Part shown: piece after piece, positions 25,001-40,820 of the stretch
How positions within the stretch are numbered: position 1 is the first letter of the stretch
Layout of the letters: each line of letters begins with the position of its first letter
Source: Eledone cirrhosa
Taxonomy: Eukaryota
Assembly: GCA_964016885.1 (NCBI GenBank)
Contig: OZ024741.1
Location: 251,720,001 to 251,784,000 of the forward strand
DNA: 64,000 nucleotides
Reading direction: 5' to 3'
The notes under the pieces: generated by a model
Told to the model about the DNA's origin: nothing
The model's database searches: none
Seen by the model: the letters and a program-made list of their open reading frames with translations, nothing else
Program-made: the position numbers and the translations under genes

Positions 25001-25248
25001 GGTCGTGTAGGTGTCACAACAAAAAAACACACAGTCCACGCTGTAATGTGGCCATGTAGGTAACACGGTAAAAACCTCCCAGTCCACACTGTAAATGTGG
25101 TTGGTGTTAGGAAGGGCATCCAGCCGTAGAAAACCCGCCAGACAGTCCTATACGAGCAGGACAACAAATCTTGCCTCAAATGGGAAACCTCCCGTCCAAA
25201 CCCATGCAAGCGTGGAAGATGGACGTTAAACGATGATGATGATGATGA
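22020..25248 (+). mobile_element. RTE-clade LINE, long 5'-truncated copy (APE endonuclease plus RT), inactivated
   Basis: APE motifs SVYAPQ, AGDLNGHVG, SQIDYIL and SQHRL. RT motifs NYRGIKL, QFGF, FVDLEKAFD, GVHQGSVLSPLLF, YIDDL and FRYLG. Stops or frameshifts near 22320, 23280, 24130 and 24525. (GAT)n tail. Confidence 0.95.
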
Positions 25249-25305
25249 TAATATATATATATATACGATATTAACAAATGGAAACTATATTTATAAAACC
25301 ATATC

Positions 25306-25370
25306 TATTTTATTATACATATTTCAAGGATACCATGTTAAATTATGGTATGCTTTCATCAAACAAAATA
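25306..25370 (-). ncRNA. Hammerhead motif with C3U change (TTGATGA)
   Basis: TATTTTGT-TTGATGA-AAGCATACCAT(8 nt)ATGGTATCCTT-GAAA-TATGTAT-A^ATAAAATA. Confidence 0.6.
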
Positions 25371-26161
25371 CAATATATACCAGTTTTATATATAAATATT
25401 GACATACCCTTACAAAATGCAACCGTTACTCTTGGAAGACATCGGGATAGTGGATTTGTTTACTTATATTAGTAAGTCGTTGTGTTACAGAGGAAGAAAA
25501 AGACGGAGAGAGAGAAAAGGGAATGTCCCAAGGTTCTGATACCATCAACACCATAAACACAGAGCTGGCATATCTAAGAACTGACTAACTGCCTGTTGGG
25601 GTCATAGCCACTCAATGGCTATCATCGAAATATATATAGCAGTAAATAAAGGATTATGAGTTCATGCAATTGACTTATGTTTCGTCACTATATATATATA
25701 CATATATATATAAATATAAATTATCGAGAATCGCATTTCGGCCCACAAAATAACGAAAAACAACCTCCGAGATGTGTGCAAGTGCTCAATGATTCAGATG
25801 AACCAGAGCTATAACAAACGTTAAAGGCCAAACACACTGAGACGATGGTTAAACAATCATTCGCATAGCAAAAAAAACGATCAAGTAATTCGGGTCAAAC
25901 AAATAAAAAAAATATCTGTGATATATATATATATGTAGAGGTTATTTTTAATTTGTTGGGATACAACAAGCAAAATATTTTTATAACTGATATAAAGCAC
26001 TCAACAAATTATTGGAGTAAATATACAATATATTAACAAATGGAAACTATATTTATAAAACAATATTTATTTCATTATACATATTTCAAGGAGATTCCAA
26101 CCAGAATGGTTGCATTTTTTAAGAGCATGTCAATATTTATTTATAAAACTAACCTATATTA

Positions 26162-26227
26162 TATTTTATCTGATGAAAGGGCACCATAGTTTGCTCAGGT
26201 GGCCCTTGAAATATGTATAATGAAATA
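26162..26227 (+). ncRNA. Type I hammerhead ribozyme
   Basis: TATTTTAT-CTGATGA-AAGGGCACC(12 nt)GGTGGCCCTT-GAAA-TATGTAT-A^ATGAAATA. Confidence 0.8.
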
Positions 26228-26696
26228 AATATGGTTTTATAAATATAGTTTCCATTTGATAATATATTGTATGTATATATATATATATATATATATATAC
26301 ATGTGTGTGTTTTTTGTGGATGCATAGACATCATTCACCTTTGGTAAGTGTCATTCCCCAATAGCCTTAGGTCAACATGAGCTTTATCAGTGAATTTCAT
26401 TAGAATATTTGGAAATATGACAGATGCATTGTACCTATAAATCATTCGATGATACTGTAACACCATGTAGATTATGCTAATGCTACACATGCATGTGGAA
26501 TGCTCAGGCACTTACATTTTTTTTTACATAATTTCAGGCTGTTGATTAAGCAACAGGAAAACTCATTGTTGAATCATATATTTCCACATAACTTTATCTC
26601 TCTCTATGTGTATATATATATATGTGTATGTATATATATATATCTATTTCTATATATATGTATGAATATATATATATCATCATTCATCATCATCAT

Positions 26697-27002
26697 TTCA
26701 TTTTACGTCCGCTTTTCCCTGCTTGCAAGGGTGGGACGGGAACTGATTCTGGCTTGATTTCTACAGCTGGATGCCCTTCCTAACACCAACCTCATTTACA
26801 GTGAGTGCTGGGTGCTTTTTTGCCGTGGCACCTCCACGACCACTTTGCAGTGGAATGATAGAGACCCCATTCCCTATCATCTCATATCTACAGCTGAGTA
26901 AACTGGAGCAATGTGAAATAAAGTCTCTTGCTCAAGGAAACAACACATCACCCAGTCTGAGAATTGAACTCACAACCTTTCGATTGCAAGGCCAATGCTC
27001 TA
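26697..27002 (-). mobile_element. SINE family A, head clipped by (TA)n
   Basis: Matches 20322-20625. Confidence 0.85.
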
Positions 27003-27083
<81 letters not shown>

Positions 27084-27143
27084 TATATACATACATATAC
27101 ACATATGTATGTATATATATATATATATATACATACATATGCG

Positions 27144-27226
<83 letters not shown>

Positions 27227-27250
27227 AAAGATGGTTAAAAGAGTTCCATG

Positions 27251-27321
27251 TATTTTATTATGTGCATTTCAAAAACAAATATCATCATGCAATAACATTT
27301 GTGTTTTCATCAGATAAAATA
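27251..27321 (-). ncRNA. Type I hammerhead ribozyme (same family as 26162)
   Basis: TATTTTAT-CTGATGA-AAACACAAATGTTAT...ATGATATTTGTTTTT-GAAA-TGCACAT-A^ATAAAATA, with a perfect 8-bp stem I. Confidence 0.8.
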
Positions 27322-27354
27322 AGAAGACATGATATGAAGGTTAAAGAACACTTG

Positions 27355-27406
27355 TGAATAGTGCAGTTTTAAATCAACATATGTTGATTTAAAACTGCAC
27401 TATTCA
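27355..27406. repeat. Perfect 52-bp palindrome
   Basis: TGAATAGTGCAGTTTTAAATCAACAT|ATGTTGATTTAAAACTGCACTATTCA. Confidence 0.9.
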
Positions 27407-27501
27407 TTGTGCACTTTTACTCGACCTTATTGTAAACCTCCCACTGTCCCTGTCTTTGTAGTGTCCCCTACATGTCGGCCCTTGTGGCTAATAAATGAAA
27501 T
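27407..27501 (+). mobile_element. Diverged Tx1-like 3' UTR tip
   Basis: TGTAAACCTCCC...GCCCTTGTGGCTAATAAATGAAAT resembles the 3' ends at 3330-3388. Confidence 0.5.
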
Positions 27502-27504
27502 CAT

Positions 27505-27706
27505 GTGGATTGGCAGTATCGGTAGAGTGTCGGACGCCATGCTTTCCAGCATAGTTACGTCCCTTTACGATCTGAGTTCAAATCCCGCCGAGGTTGACTT
27601 TGCCTTTCATCCTTACGGGGACGATAAAATAAAGTACCAGTAATGAACTGGGTAATTGCTGGCCTTGTGCCTAAAGTAGAAACAATTATTATTATTATTA
27701 TTATTA
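27505..27706 (+). mobile_element. SINE family N, full length, (ATT)n tail
   Basis: A box TGGCAGTATCGG, B box GAGTTCAAATCC, Nin-like core. Confidence 0.85.
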
Positions 27707-29955
<2,249 letters not shown>

Positions 29956-30099
29956 AAGGTTGGAGGGGGCTGCAGAGCTGAAATTGTAAAACCATCAGAT
30001 CCTCTCTTTCTCTTATAATGAAGACATTCCCTTTTAAATGGCTTTTTCTTTAGATTATCACATTATGGAATCTCTCTCTACAACAAGGGATTTCTACCA

Positions 30100-30651
30100 A
30101 CATCAGAACCACCACTACTACTACCACTGCTACTACCACTGCTACTACCACCACCACCACCACCACCACCACCACCACTACTACCGTTACTACTACCACG
30201 ACCACTACTACCACTTCTACCACTAATACTACCACCTCCACTACTACCACCCCTACTACTACCATCACTAACACCACGACTACTACTGTCTCACCACTAC
30301 CACCACTACTACCACCATCACTAACACCACCACCACTACTACTCCTACTACTATCATCACTACTACCACCACTACTATAACCTCTACCACTACCATCATC
30401 ACCACCACAAACACTACCAACACTACCACCACTTTTCCTGTCACCACTAATACCACCACCTCTACCACTACCATCATCACCACGAACACCACCTCTACCA
30501 CTACCATCTTCACTACAACCAACACCACAATTATCACAACCACCATCACCACCACAATCAAGATAACCACCACCATACCACAATCATGATCACTACCACC
30601 ACCACCATAATGGCAACAACAGCAATTACTACTACTACTACTACCACTACT

Positions 30652-30690
<39 letters not shown>

Positions 30691-30934
30691 GCTCTCACTG
30701 CTACTACTACCACCACCACTACCGGCACTACCACTACTACCACTACTACCACCACCACTACCACCACTACCACCACCACCACAACCACCACCCACCACCA
30801 CTACCGCCACTACCACTACTACCACTACTACCACCACCACTACCACCACCACCACCACCAGTACTACCACCCCAACCACCACCACCACCGCCACCACTAC
30901 TACCACCAACACCACCACCACTAATACTACAACA

Positions 30935-30990
<56 letters not shown>

Positions 30991-31387
30991 CCTTTCTTCT
31001 CCTGAGATTCCTCTAATTGTTTTCTCTATTGTCTGAAATCCCTTCTCTCCCCTTCACATCCTTTTCCTCCTCCTACTACTCACTGTCTTCCTATAGTACT
31101 CACACACCTTCACTATTCCCCCTCTCTGTTACTGTCACTTCTTCCACTGTATACTTTACAAGAAGCCATCATCATCAACACCATCATCAACATCATCATA
31201 AGATAATTGTCAACACCATAGCAGGGCATCATCATTACCATTACCACCACCACCAGCACTACTACCACCAATGTCACCACCACCATTACCACCACCACTA
31301 CCAGCACCACCACCACCATCACCAATGTCACCACCACCACTACCACCACCACCACCATTACCACCACCACCCAACCACCACCACCAG
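30100..31387. repeat. Degenerate (ACC/ACT/ATC)n trinucleotide repeats
   Basis: Seen directly. Confidence 0.9.
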
Positions 31388-31389
31388 GC

Positions 31390-33195
31390 AGTGCTAGAGG
31401 TGGTGATGGTGGTGATGATGATGGTGGTGGTAGTGCTAGAGGTGGTGATGATGGTGGTGGTGGTAGTGCTAGAGATGGTGATGATGGTGGTGATGATGGT
31501 GGTGGTAGTGCTAGAGATGGTGATGGTGGTGGTAGTGCTAGAGATGGTGATGGTGGTGATGATGGTGATGGTGGTAGTGCTAGAGATGGTGATGGTGGTG
31601 GTAGTGCTAGAGATGGTGATGGTAGTGATGATGGTGATGGTGGTAGTGCTAGAGATGGTGGTGGTAGTGCTAGAGATGGTGATGGTGGTGATGATGGTGA
31701 TGGTGGTAGTGCTAGAGATGGTGGTGGTAGTGCTAGAGATGGTGATGGTGGTGATGGTGATGATGGTGGTAGTGCTAGGGATGGTGATGGTGGTGATGAT
31801 GGTGATGGTGGTAGTGCTAGAGATGGTGATGATGGTGATGATGGTGATGGTGGTAGTGCTAGGGATGGTGATGGTGGTGATGATGGTGATGGTGGTAGTG
31901 CTAGAGATGGTGATGGTGATGATGGTGGTGATGGTGGTAGTGCTAGAGATGGTGATGGTGGTGATGATGGTGATGGTGGTGATGATGGTGATGGTGGTAG
32001 TGCTAGAGATGGTGATGGTGGTGATGATGGTGATGGTGGTAGTGCTAGAGATGGTGATGGTGGTGATGATGGTGATGGTGGTGATGATGGTGATGGTGGT
32101 AGTGCTAGAGATGGTGATGGTGATGATGATGGTGATGGTGGTGATGATGGTGATGGTGGTATTGCTAGAGATGGTGATGGTGGTGATGATGGTGATGGTG
32201 GTAGTGCTAGAGATGGTGATGATGATGGTGATGGTGGTAGTGCTAGAGATGGTGATGATGGTGATGATGGTGATGGTGGTAGTGCTCGAGATGGTGATGA
32301 TGATGATGATGATGATGATAGTGCTAGAGATGGTGATGATGGTGATGATGGTGATGGTGGTAGTGCTAGAGATGGTGATGATGGTGATGATGGTGATGGG
32401 GGTAGTGCTAGAGATGGTGATGGTGGTGATGATGGTGATGGTGGTAGTGCTAGAGATGGTGATGGTGGTGATGATGATGGTGGTAGTGCTAGAGATGGTG
32501 ATGATGGTGATGATGGTGATGGTGATGATGGTGATGATGGTGATGGTGGTAGTGCTAGAGATGGTGATGATGGTGATGATGGTGATGATGGTGATGGTGG
32601 TATTGCTAGAGATGGTGATGGTGGTAGTGCTAGAGATGGTGATGGTGATGATGATGGTGATGGTGGTGATGATGGTGATGGTGGTATTGCTAGAGATGGT
32701 GATGGTGGTGATGATGGTGATGGTGGTAGTGCTAGAGATGGTGATGATGATGGTGATGGTGGTAGTGCTAGAGGTGGTGATGATGGTGATGATGGTGATG
32801 GTGGTAGTGCTCGAGATGGTGATGATGATGATGATGATGATGATAGTGCTAGAGATGGTGATGATGGTGATGATGGTGATGGTGGTAGTGCTAGAGATGG
32901 TGATGATGGTGATGATGGTGATGGGGGTAGTGCTAGAGATGGTGATGGTGGTGATGATGGTGATGGTGGTAGTGCTAGAGATGGTGATGGTGGTGATGAT
33001 GATGGTGGTAGTGCTAGAGATGGTGATGATGGTGATGATGGTGATGGTGGTAGTGCTAGAGATGGTGATGGTGATGATGGTGGTGATGGTGGTAGTGCTA
33101 GAGATGGTGATGGTGGTGATGATGGTGATGGTGGTAGTGCTAGAGATGGTGATGGTGGTGATGATGGTGATGGTTGTAGTGCTAGAGATGGTGAC
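31390..33195. repeat. Minisatellite: AGTGCTAGAG anchor with a variable (GAT/GGT)n spacer
   Basis: The anchor repeats about 50 times; there is a 525-bp higher-order duplication. Confidence 0.9.
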
Positions 33196-33409
33196 AATGT
33201 TAGGTAAGGCCTCAGTGAATGAAACAAGGAAGTAACAATATTTCCTAATGTGTCAGTATTTAGTTCCAGCAATGTAACCCATGGATTTTAGTAATAGAAG
33301 GTGTTGTGTGTGGGTCGGTGGGGGTGGGACGGGCGGTATAGGATACAGCTGGGCCTCAGGTAGGAGACAGTGTGGTGGTGTTAGTGGTGGTGCTGATATG
33401 TACCAATAC

Positions 33410-35530
33410 AGTTATTACTGTTGTTGTTGTTACTGTTGTGGTTACTGTTATTGTTGTTACTGTTGTTGTTACTGTTGTTGTTGTTACTGTTGTTGTTACT
33501 GTTGTTGTTACTGTTGCTGTTATTGGTGTTGTTGTTACTGTTGTTGTTACTCTTGTTGTTGTTACTGTTGTTATTATTGTTGTTGTTGTTACTGTTGTTG
33601 TCACTGTTATGGTTACTGTTGTTGTTGTTACTTTTGTTGTTGTTATTGTTGTTGTTAAAGTTGTTGTTACTGTTGTTGTTGTTGTTACTTTTGTTGTTGT
33701 TATTGTTGTTGTTGTTACTGTTGTTGTTGTTACTTTCGTTGTTGTTACTTTTGTTGTTGTTATTGTTGTTGTTACTGTTGTTGTTGTTACTTTTGTTGCT
33801 GTTATTGTTGCTGTTGATGCTGATGTTGCTTTTATAATTGTTGGTATTGTTGATATTATTGTTGTTGTTACTGTTGTTGGTGTTGTTGGTGTTGTTGTTA
33901 CTGTTGTTGGTGTTGTTATTGTTGATGGTGTTGTTGGTGTTATTATTACTGTTGTTAGTGTTGTTGTTGGTGTTGTTGTTACTGTTGTTGGTGTTGTTGT
34001 TGTTGGTGTTGTTAGTGTTGTTGGTGTTGTTGGTGTTGTTATTGTTGTTACTGTTGTTGTTACTGCTGTTGTTGTTATTGTTGTTGTTGTTACTGTTGTT
34101 GCTGTTACTGTTGTTGTTGTTATTTTTGTTGTTACTCTTGTTGTTGTTATTGTTGTTGTTACTGTTGTTGGTGTTGTTGGTGTTGTTGTTACCGTTGTTG
34201 GTGTTGTTGTTGTTGATGGTGTTGTTGGTGTTATTATTACTGTTGTTAGTGTTGTTGTTGGTGTTGTTGTTACTGTTGTTGGTGTTGTTGTTGTTGGTGT
34301 TGTTAGTGTTGTTGGTGTTGTTGGTGTTGTTGGTGTTGTTGGTGTTGTTATTGTTGTTACTGTTGTTGTTACTGCTGTTGTTGTTATTGTTTTTGTTACT
34401 GTTGTTGCTGTTACTGTTGTTGTTGTTATTTTTGTTGTTACTCTTGTTGTTGTTATTGTTGTTGTTACTGTTGTTGTTGTTATTGTTGTTGGTGTTGTTG
34501 TTGTTACTGTTGTTGTTGTTATGGTGATGTTGTTACTGTTGTTGTTGTTATGGTGATGTTTTTACTGTTGTTGTTCTTACTGTTGTTGTTGTTAATGTTG
34601 TTGTTGTTATGGTGATGTTGTTACTGTTGTTGTTGTTATGGTGATGTTGTTACTGTTGTTGTTGTTACTGTTGTTGATGTTACTGTTGTTGTTGTTATGG
34701 TGATGTTGTTACTGTTGTTGTTGTTACTGTTGTTGCTGCTACTGTTGTTGTTGTTACTGTTATTGTTGTTACTGTGGCTGTTGTTATTGTTGTTGTTACT
34801 GTTGTTGTTGTTACTGTTGTTGTTTTAACTGTTGTTGTTACTCTTGTTGTTGTATCTGTTGTTGTTGTTGTTACTGTTGTTGTTATTACTGTTGTTGTTA
34901 CTGTTGTTGTTACTGTTGTTGTTGTTATTGTTGTTGTTACTGTTGTTGTTGTTGTTACTGTTGTTGTTATTACTGTTGTTGTTACTGTTGTTGTTACTGT
35001 TGTTGTTATTATTGTTGTTGTTACTGTTGTTGTTGTTGTTGTTACTGTTGTTGTTACTGTTGTTGTTGTTACTGTTGTTGTTTTTATGGTGTTGTTGTTA
35101 CTGTTGTTGTTGTTATTGTTGTTGTTGTTACTGTTGTTGTTACTGTTGTTGTTACTGTTGTTGTTGTTGTTGTTATTGTTGTTGTTACTGTTGTTGTTGT
35201 TGTTACTGTTGTTGTTACTGTTGTTGTTACTGTTGTTGTTGGTGTTACTGTTGTTGTTTTTATGGTGTTGTTGTTACTGTTGTTGTTACTGTTGTTATTG
35301 TTACTGTTGTTGTTGTTGTTACTGTTGTTGTTACTGTTGCTGTTGTTGCTATTGTTGTTGTCATTGTTATTACATGTAACTATTGTTGTTTTTAATCTTG
35401 TTGTTGTTATGATGGTGTTGCTTTTCTTGTTACTGTTATTGTTACTGTTGTTATTGTTGTTGATACAGTTGTTGTTTGTGTTGTTATTGTTGTTGTTGTT
35501 ATGTTATTAGTGTTGATGATGTGGTTGTTG
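33410..35530. repeat. Degenerate (GTT)n / GTTACT array
   Basis: Seen directly; includes a ~291-bp internal duplication. Confidence 0.9.
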
Positions 35531-35534
35531 TCAC

Positions 35535-36178
35535 TACAACACTCTACACCACCACTGCACTATACTCCAGCACCACCACTTCACTCCACCATCACCACCA
35601 CCAATACACCACACTCCACTATCACCAGCACCACTACACCACACTCCACTACCACCACCACTACTACACCTCACTCCACTAACACCACTACCATTTAGCG
35701 CACTCCTCCACCACCATCACCACCACTACACCACACTCCACTACCACCACCACTACTACACCACACTCCACCACCACTACATCTCACTCCACCACCACCA
35801 CAACTACTACACCACACTCCACCACCACCACTACTACACCCCACTCCACCACCCCACCACCGCTACACCACACAACTACCACCCTACCTCACCCACCACC
35901 ATACACCACTACACAAACACACCACCACCACTACCACCCTACCACTACCACCACCACACCACCACTAACACCCAACCATACCCACCACCACCACTACACC
36001 ACCACCACACCACCACCACACCACACCACTACATCACCACCACTCCCTATTTATTTAATCAACATAGTAAGTATTCTACTGTCTATGTCCCACTGCTCTC
36101 CCCTGACACACTCTCCCTTTTCCTGACAACCACATCTACATACAGTGACAAACACACACACACATACACACACATACA

Positions 36179-36210
<32 letters not shown>

Positions 36211-36612
36211 GTGACACACACATACATACAGTGACAAACACACACACACATACACACACACACACACACACACAGTGACACACACATACATATACTGGCC
36301 ATTACACACATACACACACACACATACTGACACATACACATATTTACACACACACACACATATTGACACACACACACACACACATACATACACACACACA
36401 CACACACTGATATACATACACACATTGTCACACACTCTCCCTGTCACTCCCCCTCCACTACATCCCTACCACCACCTCCTCCTCATCCTTAATTTCAGTT
36501 TTTTTCTCTCCCCATTTTACATTAAATGAAATGAATTTTAAAAATCAATGAGTTTTATCTCTATCCAAGCTAACATCGTCACTGCTGTCACCAGTTGTTG
36601 TTGTTGTTGTTG

Positions 36613-36655
<43 letters not shown>

Positions 36656-36739
36656 GCTACTACTGCTGCTACTACTACTACTACTACTACTATCATTATA
36701 TTATTATCATCATGATCTTTATCATCATTACTACTACTG

Positions 36740-36780
<41 letters not shown>

Positions 36781-36802
36781 GCTACTACTACTACTACTAC
36801 TG

Positions 36803-36838
<36 letters not shown>

Positions 36839-37291
36839 TTATCATCATCATCACCACTGTTGTTGTTGTTACAACTACTACTACTACTACTACTGCTACT
36901 GCTGCTACTACTACTGTTACTACTACTACTACTACTATCATTATATTATTATCATCATCATCTTTATCATCATTACTACTACTGCTACTACTACTACTGC
37001 TACTACTACTACTACTACTACTGCTACTGCTACTACTACTACTACTACTGCTACTACTACTACTACTACTACTATTATCATCATCATCACCACTGTTGTT
37101 GTTGTTACAACTACTACTACTACTACTACTGCTACTGCTGCTACTACTACTGTTACTACTACTACTACTACTATCATTATATTATTATCATCATCATCTT
37201 TATCATCATTACTACTACTGCTACTACTACTACTACTACTGCTACTACTACTACTACTACTGCTACTACTACTGCTACTACTACCACCACC

Positions 37292-37363
<72 letters not shown>

Positions 37364-39355
37364 GTTATTATTTTCATTATTATTATCATTATTATCATCA
37401 CCATCATCATCATATTATCATCATGATATCATTATCATCATCATCATCATATTATCATTAGTATCATCATCATCATCCTAATATTATTATTATCATTTCA
37501 TCATCATCATCTTTATCATGGTTTCCTTAATTTTCATCACCACCACCACCACTACCAGCATGGTCGTTATCATCATCATCATCATCATTTTCATCATTGA
37601 TGCCTTTGCTATCACCACCACCTCTGCCACCACCATCATCATTGTCATGGTTGTATCTTCATCATCATCACCACCACGACCACCACAATGACGATCATCA
37701 TTATCATCATCATTAACATCATCACCACTTGTGTCATCCCCTTCACCACCACTACCACCATCACCACCACCATCACCACCACCACTACCACCATCATGAC
37801 CACCACCACTACCACCATCACCACCATCACTAACACCATCATGACCACCACCACCACCACCACCGCCACCATCACCATCATCACCACCACCACCATTGCC
37901 ACCACCACTACCACCATCATCACCATCATCACCACCACCACTACCACCATCACCACCATCACTAACACCATCATGACCACCACCACCACCACCACCGCCA
38001 CCATCACCATCATCACCACCACCACTACCACCATCACCACCATCACTAACACCATCATGACCACCACCACTACCATCACCATCATCACCACCACCACCAC
38101 CACCACCACCACCACCACCACCACTATCATCATCATCACCACCACCACCACCACCACCACCATCACCACCATCACCATCATAGATATTGTCATTGTCATC
38201 AACATTTTTATTGCTGTCATTGTTGTTTCCTTTTGTAATCCTCTACAAGCCCCGTCGCCCCCTCTACCTCCATTACTCTCCCCCACTACTCCTTTCCCTC
38301 CCCCACCACCACCCTGCCCTGCCCCAGCCACACTTCCCTTTACACTCCACCAAACTTCAGCACCCACTATCATCAGCAACTACACACCATGTGTTCTCAA
38401 AGACAGTTAATGTCACTCCTCCTGTCCCCCCCTCCAAAGCCTTGCAACTAGCACCACCACCACCAACACCATAACTGCCACCACTATCACCATCAGCACC
38501 AAAACCACTATCACCACCACCACCACTACCACCAACACCACCACTACCAACACTACCACCACCACCACCACAGCTACCGTCACAACCATCACCAAAACCA
38601 CAAACACCACCACCACCACCAACACCACAACTGCCACCACTACCACCATCAGCACCAAAACCACTATCACCACCACCACCACTACCACCAACACCACCAC
38701 AGCTACCGTCACAACCATCACCAAAACCACAAACACCACCACCACCACCAACACCACAACTGCCACCACTACCACCATCAGCACCAAAACCACTATCACC
38801 ACCACCACCACTACCACCAACACCACCACTACCAACACTACCACCACCACCACCACAGCTACCATCACAACCATCACCAAAACCACCACCACCACCACCA
38901 ACACCACAACTGCCACCACTACCACCATCAGCACCAAAACCACTATCACCACCACTACCACCAACACCACCACTACCTAACACTACCACCACCACCACAG
39001 CTACCATCACAACCATCACCAAAACCACAAACACCACCACAACCACCAACACCACAACCACCAACACCACAACTACCACCACTACCACCATCAGCACCAA
39101 AACCACTATCACCACACACCACCACTACCACCAACACCACCACTACCAACACTACCACTACCACCACAGCTACCATCACAACCATCACCAAAACCACAAA
39201 CACCACCACCAACACCACCACTACCAACACTACGACTATCACCACCACCACCACAACTACCACAATAACCATCACCAAAACCACAACCACTACCACTACC
39301 AACACCACCACCACCAAAACCACCACCACCACAACCACCACCACCACCAACACTG
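35535..39355. repeat. Compound simple-repeat field: (ACC)n, (CA)n, (ACT)n, (ATC)n with higher-order units
   Basis: Seen directly. A ~240-bp unit occurs three times at 36690-37380, and AGCACCAAAACCACTATCACC recurs at 38490-39120. Confidence 0.9.
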
Positions 39356-39471
39356 ACTCACCCTTCCCCACCTATACACACTGTTCTCTTTTTTAACTTA
39401 TTAGGCGAAATTGCACAACATTCAGTCTTGAGTGGAGTAGGATGAGAAGAAGGGGAAAATATATGTATATA

Positions 39472-39566
<95 letters not shown>

Positions 39567-39662
39567 ATACATATATACACATAGACATATATATATACAT
39601 ATACATATATATACACATACATATATATACACATACATATACATATACATATATATATACAC

Positions 39663-39710
<48 letters not shown>

Positions 39711-40615
39711 ATATAACAAACCCATGTATACTTTAATGAAATAAAATCAGTTAAACAAGGGGCTATATTATCATCTTCGTTTAACGTCCATTTTCCACGC
39801 TAGCATAGGTTAGACGGTTATTATAAGGAAGTAAAAGTACCAGTAATGCACTAGATAATTGCTGGCCTTGTGTCTAACGTAGAAACAATTATAAGGAAGT
39901 AAAAGATTATTTTTCTACATTTATCTATGGCTGAATGTTCGTTTTTATCAGCGTTTTAAACGTGTTTTTCTAGTGCTTTTCCAGTGTCTCTTTTTCTTAT
40001 CTTTTCTACATGCTTTTGTACAGTGAAACTGTTTGTTTGTTTTTCCGTAACAGGATTTTGTTCAGGGAAATTGTATTTTATTTACAATATTTTTTTCCTA
40101 TTTTTGATAGTATTTTCGTGCAGTGTTCTGTAACCATTCTCTGGTGTTTTCACACATTGTCTTTGTAAAGTGTTCTTGTACATGTTTTGTAGCATTGTTC
40201 TGCAAAGATTTTGCAGATGTTTCATAGAAATTTTGTAGTTATTTTTGTAATGTAGCAATTGTGTAGTATTCTGTAGGAATTGTGTAGTATTTTGTAGGAA
40301 TTGTGTAGTATTTTGTAGCAATTGTGTAGTATTTTATAGGAATTGTGTAGCATTTTGTAATGTAGCAATTGTGTAATATTTTGTAGCAATTTTGTAGATT
40401 TTGTAATGCCCTCTAGCGTTATTTTTGCAGTGATCCTCTAGTTTTTTATACAGATTTTATTGTTTTTTTTGGCAGTTGTTTTGGTTGTGAAGGTGTAGTA
40501 TTTTGTACACAGTCTTTGTATATTGTACAGTATTTTTGTACTTTAGATGCTCTGTCTTCAAGAGACATAATATATATATATATATATAATAGTAGAACAC
40601 TAGTGGGTTATATCC

Positions 40616-40649
<34 letters not shown>

Positions 40650-40778
40650 AGCACTCAGACCATGGGTCGAGTTTGGTAGAAGTAGTTCCACAACAGTTAG
40701 TTCACCATTTCCAAGGACAATTGTGAAACAATTGTTCTTGGAAATGGTAAACTAACTGTTGTGGAACTACTTCTATAT

Positions 40779-40810
<32 letters not shown>

Positions 40811-40820
40811 CATATATATA

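Larger units (their letters stand above)
25268..26265. mobile_element. ~1-kb module with ~160-bp diverged inverted ends, each carrying an HHR (PLE pLTR-like)
   Basis: 25268-25425 is the reverse complement of 26108-26265. A further partial direct copy is at 26030-26092. TA-rich flanks. Confidence 0.7.

Noticed and set aside
22020-25248. Active autonomous LINE
   Set aside because: 5'-truncated within the endonuclease, with several stops and frameshifts.
31113-39371. Long ORFs (719, 654, 394, 288, 252 aa and others) resembling mucins, extensins or Gly-rich proteins
   Set aside because: They are translations of trinucleotide-based repeats, open in several frames and on both strands, with no unique domains or supportable splice structure.
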